Notes under the pieces: generated by a model
Seen by the model: only the letters and a program-made list of their open reading frames with translations
Database searches by the model: none
Told to the model about the DNA's origin: nothing
In this document: piece after piece, positions 51,442-63,879 of the stretch
Layout of the letters: each line of letters opens with the position of its first letter
How positions within the stretch are numbered: position 1 is the stretch's first letter
Origin: an uncultured SAR86 cluster bacterium
Lineage (GTDB): Bacteria > Pseudomonadota > Gammaproteobacteria > Magnimaribacterales > D2472
DNA: 64,000 nucleotides
Direction: 5' to 3'
NCBI GenBank assembly: GCA_902591925.1
Contig: CACJCN010000007.1
Location: forward strand, 1,605 to 65,604
Program-made: the position numbers and the translations under genes

Positions 51442-53877
51442 ATGCCAAAATTCATAAAAGCATTTTTTCTAATTAGTATCTCTGCATCTATTCTGTCAAT
51501 TATCTCGATAATTTTCATGTATTTTATTACCAAGCCTAATTTGCCTGAAATCAAATATGTAGACGAATCTGTACTACAAATGCCTCTAAAAGTTTTGACA
51601 AAAGACGGAGTCCTGATTGGTGAATTTGGTGAAATAAAAAGAAGGGCGAAAAGTTTTGATGAAATTCCTTATCACATAAAAAGTGCTTTTTTGGCGGCTG
51701 AGGATGACAACTTTTTTAATCATCAGGGCATAAGTTACACAGGTCTTATTCGTTCATTTATGAGATGTATGAGGCCCTCTGGATGTGAAGGTGGTGGTGG
51801 CACAATTACTATGCAAGTTGTAAGAGGTTACCTATTGACTCCCGAACAGACAATTTCTAGAAAGATTAAAGAAATATTTTTAGCATTAGAGCTTGAAAGC
51901 AATGTAGGGAAAGAAGAAATTTTTGAGCTATATGTAAATAGAGTCTTTTTAGGGAATAGATCTTATGGAATAGAGGCGGCTGCTAACACATATTTCAATA
52001 AAAGTTTAGAAAATCTAAGTATTGATGAATCTGCTACAATTGCGGCAATTGCCCAACTTCCATCAAGAATAAATCCTGTAAAAAATCCAAGGCGCACTCT
52101 TCAAAGAAGAAACTGGATTTTATCTCGAATGTTTATGCTTGGTTATATTAGTGATGAAGAATATAAAAGTGCAGTTTTGAATGAAATTAAAATTGCAAAC
52201 GATATTAACTTATATGATATAGAAGCAAAACATATAGCGGAATTAGTAAGACAAGAAGTAATAAGAAGATATGGCCTTGATGCATATAAAAATGGTTGGT
52301 CTGTTTATACAACCATTGATTCAAAGTCGCAAAAGGTTGCATATGAAAGTGTTCTAAAAGACTTATTTTTATATGACAAGAGACATGGCTGGAGAAAATC
52401 TGATAACTATGAAAATATTTTTTCAGATCAACAAGCTATGCTTTTGAAAAATTTAGACATAGATTTTTTATTTGATAACTCAAACCTAAGCAACATTAAT
52501 CTTAATGAGGACCATATTTCAAATAAATTAAGAAATATTTTTGATTCGTACTCATTTTATGATTCATATATTAAAGCAATTGTAGTGAGTATTTCAGAAA
52601 AAGAGATTATTGTAATTGATGAGAATTTTGAGCTTAAAAATGCTTTTTGGAGTGATGATTATAAATGGGCTAGAGATAGGATATCTATCAACGAGCTTGG
52701 TAAAGTTCCAAATGGATTCAATGATTTTCTTAATTTTGGAGATTTTATACATTTAAAAAAAAATGATGATTATTTATCCCTTGATCAAGTTCCTGAGGCT
52801 GAAGCTTCTCTGATTTCAATAGATCCAGAAACTGGAGAGGTAATTGCCTATGTTGGAGGTAAGAATTTTAATGAAAGTAATTTTGACAGAGTTAGCTCAT
52901 CTTTTCCTCAATCTGGATCAAGTTTTAAACCATTCATTTATTCTTCAAGTATTGCAAATGGGTACAATTTATCAACCCTGATTAATGACGCACCAATTAT
53001 ATTTGAAGACGAGAATCTAGAGAGTGCCTGGAGGCCTGAAAATTATACAGGTGAATTCTATGGTCCAATATCGTTGAGAGATGCTTTAATAAAATCTGTC
53101 AATATTGTTTCAATAAAACTTTTAAGGGAACTTGGAATTGAAAAATCTCATGATTACTTGGAAAAATTTGGCTTTGAAAAATCACGACTTCCAAAAGATT
53201 TATCCTTAGCTTTAGGGTCGGGAAACTTTTCCCCAATAGAAATGGTAAGAGCTTATAGTGTGATTGCAAATGGAGGATATATTTCAAATATTCACTTTAT
53301 TGATAAAATTGTTGATAGAGAGGGTAAAATTATTTTTTCACAAAAGAATTTTAATACTCAAATTGACAATGAAATAATTGCATTTCCTTGGCTTGATACT
53401 CAAGAGATAATAATAAATAGACCATACTATTTAATTGATCCAATTAATAATTCTGAAAGAGTGATAGATAAAAGAATCGCTTACTTAATGGAAGATACAT
53501 TGAAGGGATTTATGAAGAATGGAGTTGCTGGAAGAAAATCAAGTTTTCTGAATAGAGATGATATTGCTGGTAAAACAGGCACTACAAATAATTCTGTAAG
53601 CACATGGTTTTCTGGATTTCATAAAGATCTTGTGACTACTGTCTGGGTTGGTACTGATGATTTTTCATCGTTAGGTGAAAATGAATATGGCTCAACTATT
53701 GCATTACCAATTTGGCTGAATTACATGGACTTTAAGTTAAAAAACCTTGAAATCCACAAAAACTCAATACCTGAAAATGTATCCTTTGTAAGAGTTAACA
53801 AGTTAACTGGAGAAATTGACTTAGACACTGAGGATAATTTTTATTTTGAGTTGTTTTTGGATGAAAATATAAATTAA
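51442..53877 (+). CDS. mrcA: Penicillin-binding protein 1A (bifunctional glycosyltransferase/transpeptidase)
   Basis: GT51 motifs (AEDDNFFNHQGI, GGGTITMQ, RKIKE), transpeptidase SxxK (SGSSFKP), SVN, KTGTTN. Confidence 0.93.
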   Translation: MPKFIKAFFLISISASILSIISIIFMYFITKPNLPEIKYVDESVLQMPLKVLTKDGVLIGEFGEIKRRAKSFDEIPYHIKSAFLAAEDDNFFNHQGISYTGLIRSFMRCMRPSGCEGGGGTITMQVVRGYLLTPEQTISRKIKEIFLALELESNVGKEEIFELYVNRVFLGNRSYGIEAAANTYFNKSLENLSIDESATIAAIAQLPSRINPVKNPRRTLQRRNWILSRMFMLGYISDEEYKSAVLNEIKIANDINLYDIEAKHIAELVRQEVIRRYGLDAYKNGWSVYTTIDSKSQKVAYESVLKDLFLYDKRHGWRKSDNYENIFSDQQAMLLKNLDIDFLFDNSNLSNINLNEDHISNKLRNIFDSYSFYDSYIKAIVVSISEKEIIVIDENFELKNAFWSDDYKWARDRISINELGKVPNGFNDFLNFGDFIHLKKNDDYLSLDQVPEAEASLISIDPETGEVIAYVGGKNFNESNFDRVSSSFPQSGSSFKPFIYSSSIANGYNLSTLINDAPIIFEDENLESAWRPENYTGEFYGPISLRDALIKSVNIVSIKLLRELGIEKSHDYLEKFGFEKSRLPKDLSLALGSGNFSPIEMVRAYSVIANGGYISNIHFIDKIVDREGKIIFSQKNFNTQIDNEIIAFPWLDTQEIIINRPYYLIDPINNSERVIDKRIAYLMEDTLKGFMKNGVAGRKSSFLNRDDIAGKTGTTNNSVSTWFSGFHKDLVTTVWVGTDDFSSLGENEYGSTIALPIWLNYMDFKLKNLEIHKNSIPENVSFVRVNKLTGEIDLDTEDNFYFELFLDENIN

Positions 53878-54443
53878 CTTTTAAAAATGCTTAAAGATAA
53901 AAGATTCCAAATATTTTCAATGTAATTCGATGGTGAATCTTTAAATTTTGATCTTATATATCTTCCTATATTTCCTTCAAGGACAGTAATAATTAATTGA
54001 GCAGAAATACCAGGCTGAGTTAACAAATTTTTTTCGTCTTCTTTTAGAATTTGTCTCAACACTAATTCAAATCTCTCGTAAAACTGATTAACATTTTCAC
54101 TTACATTCTGTTCATTTGAAGAAAGAGCTTCTCTTGATAGTAATCTTGCAAATCCTTTATTTTTTTCTATAAAAATCATAAAAAATATAAATGCATTTTT
54201 AACTTTGTCTTTTGAAGAAATTTTCTCTTTCTTCAACTCATTACATTTTGCAAAGACAGTATCATCACAAAAAGAAAATAGCTCAGCATAAATCGATCTT
54301 TTGCTTGGGAAATGTCTGTATAAAGCTGCTTCAGTAATTTGGGATTTTTTAGCGAGTGCAGCGGTAGTTATTTTTGATAAATTTCTTTCTTCTAACATGC
54401 TAGCAAGTGATTCTAAGATAATATTTTTTCTATCTTTTTTCAT
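53874..54443 (-). CDS. slmA: TetR-family nucleoid occlusion factor SlmA-like
   Basis: [42 protein letters not shown] is collinear with E. coli SlmA (ILQSLALMLES...[24 protein letters not shown]). Confidence 0.75.
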   Translation of the reverse strand: [189 protein letters not shown]

Positions 54444-54446
54444 TTC

Positions 54447-55820
54447 TTAATCTAAATTTATATCAATATCAGGACAAATGCGAGAAAGTTCATTCATAAA
54501 ATCTTTTTGAATAGCCTCGAGATCGCTTTGAGAATTTCCTTCAAACCTTAAAACTAATTTCGGAGTTGTATTTGATGCTCTTATTAAACCCCATCCATTT
54601 TTAAAGTTGATTCTTAAACCGTCGATAGTAATTTTTTCTCCATCTAATTTACATTTAGCAGAAAATTCTTCAATAATTTTGAACTTAGTTTCATCAGTAA
54701 CTGTAATATTTAATTCTGGAGTCGAAAATAATTTTGGGAGTTTGTTGTTAATTGATGAAATCCTCTCATTTTTAGCTGAGATAATTTCAATAATTCTTGC
54801 TCCAGAGTAATGACCATCGTCAAATCCGTACCATTTATCATTAAAGAATATGTGGCCGCTCATTTCACCAGCCAAAAGAGGATTATGTTCTTTAATGCCA
54901 TTTTTAATATGAAAATGACCTGTTGGTGACATGATTGGTTTTCCATTAAGACTTTTGATCAAATTTGGAAGAGCTTTTGTACATTTAACATCAAATATTA
55001 TAGATCCCTTTTCTTTTTTGAGGATATCTTCACTAAAGATCATCATTATCTTGTCTGGAAAAACAACTTCTCCGGTATCTGTAATCAAACCAACTCTATC
55101 ACCATCACCATCAAAAGCTAGACCAAGATCTGCTTTCGAAGACTTAACCTTACTAATTATGTCTGAAAGATTTTCCAGTTTACTTGGGTCGGGATGATGG
55201 TTTGGAAAATTACCATCAATTTCTGTAAAGAGCTCTATAACATCGCAGCCTAATTCTTGAAATAATTTTGGAGCGATGCATCCAGCTGCACCATTACCAC
55301 AATCAATGACAACTTTTAGTTTTTTACTATTTTTTAATTGAATATTTTCGATGACTTCTTTTATGTACAAGTCCCTGATATCTTTTCTGGATATCTTTCC
55401 GGGATGAATAGACTCATCTATATTTTGATTAATAAGTTCATATATTTCATTGCCTGAAATAGGTTTATCATTTATTACAAGCTTTAAGCCATTATAGTTT
55501 TTTGGATTATGACTGCCGGTTATCATTACACCACTTTTAGATTTAGTTTTTTTGGAAGCAAAATATAGTAATGGAGTTGTAACAAGCCCAATATTTTCAA
55601 CATCGACACCAAAATTTGATAGTGATTTTTCAAGATAATGTGATAATGATTTACTAGAATTTCTTCCGTCTCTTCCAATGCAAATTTCAGATACATTCTC
55701 ACTGTTACACTTAATGGATATTGCTTTTGCTATTTGAATTATTACTTCCTCATTTATTTCAATAGGATAGATTCCTCTAATATCATATTCTCTGAAAATT
55801 GATTTTGTTATTTCCGTCAT
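54447..55820 (-). CDS. Phosphomannomutase/phosphoglucomutase (AlgC/ManB-type)
   Basis: Catalytic TGSHNP, metal loop FDGDGDR, sugar loop GEMSGH, phosphate loop RASNTTP. Confidence 0.9.
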   Translation of the reverse strand: MTEITKSIFREYDIRGIYPIEINEEVIIQIAKAISIKCNSENVSEICIGRDGRNSSKSLSHYLEKSLSNFGVDVENIGLVTTPLLYFASKKTKSKSGVMITGSHNPKNYNGLKLVINDKPISGNEIYELINQNIDESIHPGKISRKDIRDLYIKEVIENIQLKNSKKLKVVIDCGNGAAGCIAPKLFQELGCDVIELFTEIDGNFPNHHPDPSKLENLSDIISKVKSSKADLGLAFDGDGDRVGLITDTGEVVFPDKIMMIFSEDILKKEKGSIIFDVKCTKALPNLIKSLNGKPIMSPTGHFHIKNGIKEHNPLLAGEMSGHIFFNDKWYGFDDGHYSGARIIEIISAKNERISSINNKLPKLFSTPELNITVTDETKFKIIEEFSAKCKLDGEKITIDGLRINFKNGWGLIRASNTTPKLVLRFEGNSQSDLEAIQKDFMNELSRICPDIDINLD

Positions 55821-55880
55821 TTTTCTTTAGTTATACGAATGATTTTGCAATAATAACTAATCGCAATTATATCTTGAAAC

Positions 55881-56801
55881 GTGTTTATAAATACTCAAAA
55901 TAAATATATTTGGAAAAACGGGTCGTTTGAGAGCTGGGATCATTCAAATGTGCATATTCTGTCGCACACTCTCCATTATGGTACCGGTGTATTTGAAGGA
56001 GTGAGAGCATATAAAACAAAAGATGGAGCAGCTATTTTTAGGCTTATTGATCATACACAAAGACTTTTCAACGCTGCATCCAGAATAGGTATTAAAATAC
56101 CTTTTTCTCAATCAGAAATAAATCAAGCACAGTGTGACACTTTAAATAAAAATAATCTTAATGAAGGTTATATAAGGCCTATAGTTTATCTTGGAAATGA
56201 GGGTCTAGGCTTGCGTGCAAAGGATTTGAGTGTAAATGTAGCTATTGCATCATGGGAGTGGCCCTCATATATGGATCCTGAGGCAAAGAAAAATGGTATA
56301 TCCGTTATTAAATCTTCACATAGACAATATGAAAATCCCCTACATTCAGGTAACAAAATAATAGGGACATATTTTAGTAATACCATGGCTCTTCATGAGG
56401 CCCTGGATAATGGAGCTGATGAGGCAGTAATGTTAGATAAAAATGATTTTATATCTGAGGGAAGTGGTGAAAATATTTTTATTGTTAAAGATCAATCAAT
56501 TTTTACACCCACAACTGAACATTGTTTAAATGGGATAACACGCCAGTCGGTTATCCAAATTGCACAAGATTTAAAATTTCAAGTATATGAAAAAGATATT
56601 AGCTATGAAGATTTATTAAATGCTGATGAAGCTTTTTTTACAGGCACTGCAGTTGAAATTACACCAATTTCTAAATTAGATAATAAGATGATTGCTAATG
56701 GAAAAAGAGGTGATATTACAAAAGAACTTCAAAATAAATTTCAGCAGATAATTTCTGGTGAGGATGTTAAATATCATAGCTGGCTAACAAAAATTAATTA
56801 A
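55881..56801 (+). CDS. ilvE: Branched-chain amino acid aminotransferase (IlvE)
   Basis: GTG start. YIWKNGSFESWDHSNVHILSHTLHYGTGVFEGVRAY parallels the E. coli IlvE N-terminus. Class IV aminotransferase blocks (EGSGENIF, GITR). Confidence 0.93.
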   Translation: MFINTQNKYIWKNGSFESWDHSNVHILSHTLHYGTGVFEGVRAYKTKDGAAIFRLIDHTQRLFNAASRIGIKIPFSQSEINQAQCDTLNKNNLNEGYIRPIVYLGNEGLGLRAKDLSVNVAIASWEWPSYMDPEAKKNGISVIKSSHRQYENPLHSGNKIIGTYFSNTMALHEALDNGADEAVMLDKNDFISEGSGENIFIVKDQSIFTPTTEHCLNGITRQSVIQIAQDLKFQVYEKDISYEDLLNADEAFFTGTAVEITPISKLDNKMIANGKRGDITKELQNKFQQIISGEDVKYHSWLTKIN

Positions 56802-56809
56802 ATATCCTT

Positions 56810-58063
56810 TTGCAAAAATTAAATATAGCAATTTTAAGTTATCGAAGTGCTCGTTTTGGTGGAGGTCAGGGTGTTTATGTAAGAGATATTTCATATGTTT
56901 TAAATTTAATGGGTCATAATATCGATGTTATATCTGGACCTCCATATCCTGACTTGCATGAAGAAGTCAATCTAATCAAACTCCCAGGATTAGATTTATT
57001 TGAAACATTTTCTTTTAGGGATAGACTAAAAAAACTTCTTATAAAAAAAAATAAAAAAATTGATGATTACTACGAATTTTTTTCGGTTTTGCTAGGTGGT
57101 TTTCCAGAACCTAAAACTTTTGGTACTCGAGCAAATAAGTTTCTTGATGGAATCAAAAAGTATGATTTGATAATAGATAATCAATCTATCAGTTATGGAA
57201 TGTTAGAGATTCAAAAAAGATTTCCATTTATAGAAATTATCCATCACCCTATTACGATTGATTATAAACATGAACTGGAATCATCAAAGAAAATTAAATT
57301 TAGAATCTCAAGATATAGGTGGTATTCATTCTTAAAAATGCAAAAAAAAGTAGCACCAAAAATTAATAGAATCGTTACCCCGTCTAATAGTTCAAAACAT
57401 GGAATCATAAATGAATTCAAATGCGATAAGAAAAATATAACTGTTATCAATAATGGTTTGGACACAACAGAGTTTTCACCAATTAAAAATTTCCCAAGAA
57501 ATAAATTCAGACTTATTACTACATCTAGTGCGGACGTTCCAATAAAAGGCCTTGATTATTCATTAAAAGCATTAAAGATTTTAAAAAAAGATTTTCCAAA
57601 AATTCATTTAGTAGTCATTGGAAAGATTAAAAAGGATGGACATACTCAAAGAGTAATAAAAGAATTAAAACTTGAGGATCATGTGATATTTAAATCAAAC
57701 CTATCTAAACTTCAGATTAAAGAACTTTATGCATCAAGTTCAATAGCTATAGTGAGTTCATTATATGAAGGTTTTGGTTATCCCGTTATAGAAGCAATGA
57801 GTTGTGAGATTCCTTTAATTGCAACAAATATTTCCTCGATTCCTGAACTCACATCAGATTATGCAAAACTAATTGAACCAAAAGATGAGCAAATGATATC
57901 TAATGGTGTTAAGGAAATTTTACTAGATTATCCTAAATATCAAGAAATTGCGCGTAATGGAAGACAACATATAATCCAAAATTTTAATTGGTTAAAGATA
58001 ACGGAAGAATATGAGAAAATTATTTTAAGTACAATAGAAAAATTCAAAAATGCTAACTTTTAA
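56810..58063 (+). CDS. Glycosyltransferase family 4 (GT-B fold)
   Basis: N-terminal GGGQGVYV motif and C-terminal E(x7)E-type block (SSLYEGFGYPVIEAMSCEIPLIATN). TTG start. Confidence 0.85.
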   Translation: MQKLNIAILSYRSARFGGGQGVYVRDISYVLNLMGHNIDVISGPPYPDLHEEVNLIKLPGLDLFETFSFRDRLKKLLIKKNKKIDDYYEFFSVLLGGFPEPKTFGTRANKFLDGIKKYDLIIDNQSISYGMLEIQKRFPFIEIIHHPITIDYKHELESSKKIKFRISRYRWYSFLKMQKKVAPKINRIVTPSNSSKHGIINEFKCDKKNITVINNGLDTTEFSPIKNFPRNKFRLITTSSADVPIKGLDYSLKALKILKKDFPKIHLVVIGKIKKDGHTQRVIKELKLEDHVIFKSNLSKLQIKELYASSSIAIVSSLYEGFGYPVIEAMSCEIPLIATNISSIPELTSDYAKLIEPKDEQMISNGVKEILLDYPKYQEIARNGRQHIIQNFNWLKITEEYEKIILSTIEKFKNANF

Positions 58064-58754
58064 TTTTAAAAAATATAATCTTAATCATAATGGATCAATG
58101 CTTGATGTTGGATGTGGTGAAGGACGACATATATTTGGTGTAATGCAGGAATATCCAACGATGAAATGTGTTGGCCTTGATATGGATGAATATTCGTTAA
58201 AAAAAGCTGAGGAGGGATATTCTTACTTTGAATCCATATCAGAGGTAGGTGCAGAATTTATCAAAGGATCAGCATATTCTTTACCTTTTCCAGATAATAC
58301 TTTTGATTTAATCGTTTGTTCTGAGGTTTTAGAACATTTGCATGAATATAACGATGCAGTCATTGAAATTAATAGAGTATTAAAGCCAGGGGGAAAGTTT
58401 TTTGCGAGTGTGCCTGCCTTTTGGCCAGAAAAAATTTGTTGGTATTTATCAAAGGAATATCAAAATCAGCCTGGAGGGCATTTAAGAATTTTTGATCAAA
58501 AAAAACTTATTCATGAGATAGAGAGTCGTGGTTTCTTATTTTTATCTTCTGAGAAATTTCATTCAATTCATAGTCCTTATTGGTGGTTAAGATGTTTCTT
58601 TTGGAAATCTCAAGAAAAAAATTTATTAGTAAAAGTTTACAAAAAAATACTTGAGAGACATATTCTAAAAAAACCTCGAATTATTGATAACATTGATAAA
58701 TTAATGAATCCAATAATGGGAAAGAGTTTTTCTATGTACTTTAAAAAGATTTAG
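58050..58754 (+). CDS. Class I SAM-dependent methyltransferase (Methyltransf_11-like)
   Basis: Motif I LDVGCGEGR, post-I GLDMD, motif II/III DLIVCSEVLEHL, LKPGGKF. Confidence 0.85.
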   Translation: MLTFNFKKYNLNHNGSMLDVGCGEGRHIFGVMQEYPTMKCVGLDMDEYSLKKAEEGYSYFESISEVGAEFIKGSAYSLPFPDNTFDLIVCSEVLEHLHEYNDAVIEINRVLKPGGKFFASVPAFWPEKICWYLSKEYQNQPGGHLRIFDQKKLIHEIESRGFLFLSSEKFHSIHSPYWWLRCFFWKSQEKNLLVKVYKKILERHILKKPRIIDNIDKLMNPIMGKSFSMYFKKI

Positions 58755-58755
58755 A

Positions 58756-59802
58756 ATGTATTATCCAAAAAGACTTTTCATCAAAAAAGACTTAGATATT
58801 TCGCATTTTAAAAATCTTGGTAGATATATAAAAAGTATGCAATATGAATCTGGGGCAATACCCTCTGACGATGACGGTTTTCATGATCCTTGGGACCATA
58901 TGGAATCTATCATGGGCTTAAGTTTCTCAAATGAATATGTTGCTTCTAAACTTGCTTTTTCATGGCTAATAAGAAATCAGAATTCTGATGGCAGTTGGTT
59001 TGCAAAATATAAAAACGAAGTTCCTGTTGAAAAAAATAAACCGACTCACTTTGGGCCATATATTTCTGTAGCGGCATTACATTTTTACAAAATTTTTCTT
59101 GATAAAGATTTTTTAGAAGAGTTATGGCCAGTAATCGAATCAGCTATAAATTTTTCACTAAATCTTCAGATTAATAATGGAACAATACCATGGTCCATAG
59201 ATAAACATGGAGAGATAGAAAATGACTTTTTGATAACAGGATCTTCTTCAATACTTAAAAGTATAGAATGTGGATTAGCAATTTCAAAAATATTAAAAAA
59301 AGATAAAAATTTAAAAAATTGGATTAAATCTTATGAGTTATTATCACAAGCCATAAAAAATCCAGTTGGAAAATTTGACTTTTGCAAAGATAGAAAAAGA
59401 TTTTCGATGGACTCTTATTATCCAATTTTGTCAGGATGTCTAGATCAAAATGAAATAAAATCGTACCTGGATAAAATTTTTAAAGATTTTTACGTAAAAG
59501 ATATTGGAATTCAATGTGTTATTGAAGAACCGTGGGTGACAGTTGCTGAAACATCTGAATTTATAATTTCGTTAATGATTTATGGTGATCAAGAAAGGTC
59601 TGTTGAGCTACTTACAGATGTTTTAAATATTACTGATGAAAATAAAATACCTTATATGGGATGGCAGTATGAAGAGAATATATTTTGGCCAAATGAAAAG
59701 CCAAGTTGGACTGCAGCTGCCCTAATTATTGCGGCAGATACCGTCCTTAATTTCTCAAATGCTTCAAATTTATTTTTAGAGAATCAATTATCCCTTTATT
59801 AA
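58756..59802 (+). CDS. Prenyltransferase/terpene-cyclase-like alpha/alpha-toroid repeat protein
   Basis: QW-type repeat IRNQNSDGSWF, a second degenerate copy LQINNGTIPW, and alternating helical repeats. No signal peptide. Confidence 0.6.
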   Translation: MYYPKRLFIKKDLDISHFKNLGRYIKSMQYESGAIPSDDDGFHDPWDHMESIMGLSFSNEYVASKLAFSWLIRNQNSDGSWFAKYKNEVPVEKNKPTHFGPYISVAALHFYKIFLDKDFLEELWPVIESAINFSLNLQINNGTIPWSIDKHGEIENDFLITGSSSILKSIECGLAISKILKKDKNLKNWIKSYELLSQAIKNPVGKFDFCKDRKRFSMDSYYPILSGCLDQNEIKSYLDKIFKDFYVKDIGIQCVIEEPWVTVAETSEFIISLMIYGDQERSVELLTDVLNITDENKIPYMGWQYEENIFWPNEKPSWTAAALIIAADTVLNFSNASNLFLENQLSLY

Positions 59803-60390
59803 ACAAATTATTGTGTCAACTCTTTCGTAGATTTTATAATTATTTTGCAGAGCTTTTTGATAAATTTCATAAGGTGCTTGACCACCCTCATCAGGATTCT
59901 CAAATATATCATGTATTACCAGACAACCACCATTGACGATTTTTGGTTCCCAATGTTCATAGTCATTATTAGCGGACTCAAAAGAATGTCCTCCATCAAT
60001 GAATAACATGCTTATTTGTGATTGCCATTTTGAAGAGATTTCTACTGATGTTCCAATGATAGGAACTATATTTTTTATTTTAAACTTATTTATATTTCTA
60101 ATTAAAAAAGGAAAAGTGTTAATTCTTTTGTTAAGTTTGTCATATATCTCATGATCAAAATATTCTTCATTAAATTGATGCTCTTCAGAACCTTTATGAT
60201 GATCAATTGTATAAACATATTTATCGTTTTTTTTTGCTCCAAAAGATAAATATATTGAAGATTTACCACAATATGTGCCAATTTCTAAAATATGGCCTAA
60301 TTTTGAAAATTTTTGTGCCCATTTGAAGAGGGCCATACCCTCGTGATTTGGCATGAATCCTTTTATTTCTTTTATTTCATTCAAATTCAT
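59788..60390 (-). CDS. Class I SAM-dependent methyltransferase (Methyltransf_24 / O-MT family-3-like)
   Basis: ILEIGTYCGKSSIYL motif I, FIDGGHSFE, GGCLVIHD. Confidence 0.75.
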   Translation of the reverse strand: MNLNEIKEIKGFMPNHEGMALFKWAQKFSKLGHILEIGTYCGKSSIYLSFGAKKNDKYVYTIDHHKGSEEHQFNEEYFDHEIYDKLNKRINTFPFLIRNINKFKIKNIVPIIGTSVEISSKWQSQISMLFIDGGHSFESANNDYEHWEPKIVNGGCLVIHDIFENPDEGGQAPYEIYQKALQNNYKIYERVDTIICLIKG

Positions 60391-61259
60391 TGATAAATAT
60401 TATTTTTTCCCAATGTCGATTTAAATCTTCTGTGTTGCCAAAGATACTCATGAGGATGCATTTTTATTTTTTCTTCAATGTATGAATTTAATTGCTGACA
60501 AAAATTTTCAACGGATGACTTATCAAAACTAATCTCTTCGATATTTAATGTAAGAATATCTGCATCGTAAAAAGAGTTTATAAAAAAAGTTTTGCATCCT
60601 GTTTTTTTTATGATTTTTTGTGGCGCTTTAACTGTGGCAGCTGGAATTCCAAAAAAATCTGCTACAACAGATTTTTTGATTCCATAATCTTGATCTGGAG
60701 CATATAAAACAGTCTTACCTTTTTTTAACCATCTCATAAATGTAAAAGTATTTTCTCTGTCTGTAATCCCCATCATACTCTTAAGTCTGCCCATTTTTTG
60801 AACTTCCTCAAATTTTTTTGAGTTATGCTCTCTTTCAATACCATAAATCTCTGCGTGCATTGCAAGGATTCTTGAATCAAGCTCAAGATGAAGTGAATGT
60901 TTAAAAAATAATAAAATACCAGTACCAGAATTTTGATTAATTATTAAATTTTGTAGACCATTAATTTTATAGGGAATGTTCTTTTTAATTTTATTATCCG
61001 ACCAAAACCATGCAATCCCTGTATTGAAAATAACTTTTGCAAATGCTTTTTTATTTTTATCATAAATTTTAAATCTTTCTATTTGACTCAAATCCTTGAA
61101 ACATAAATCAATATTTACTTTACTGATTCTGTTCCTTTTGATTGGAATTGAAGAAATTAAATAACCTAAAATCACTGCAATTAAATTTTGAAATTTTAAT
61201 GGCAAAAAAACAATTAATTTCCATAATTTAACAAGAATTATTAATAAAGCATTATTCAT
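60387..61259 (-). CDS. Lipid A late (Kdo2-lipid IVA) lauroyl/myristoyl acyltransferase family (LpxL/LpxM)
   Basis: N-terminal TM anchor, size and layout of HtrB/MsbB family, HS..LE active-site region (FFKHSLHLELDS). Adjacent to waaA. Confidence 0.8.
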   Translation of the reverse strand: MNNALLIILVKLWKLIVFLPLKFQNLIAVILGYLISSIPIKRNRISKVNIDLCFKDLSQIERFKIYDKNKKAFAKVIFNTGIAWFWSDNKIKKNIPYKINGLQNLIINQNSGTGILLFFKHSLHLELDSRILAMHAEIYGIEREHNSKKFEEVQKMGRLKSMMGITDRENTFTFMRWLKKGKTVLYAPDQDYGIKKSVVADFFGIPAATVKAPQKIIKKTGCKTFFINSFYDADILTLNIEEISFDKSSVENFCQQLNSYIEEKIKMHPHEYLWQHRRFKSTLGKNNIYQ

Positions 61260-61305
61260 TTGATATTAAGATGTATCATTACGTTATTAGATTATTCAAA
61301 ATTTT

Positions 61306-63822
<2,517 letters not shown>

Positions 63823-63879
63823 AAGTAATAATAAGCCCCAAGATAGGTCTATAATATAAGTTTAAAAGAGGTCATAAAC

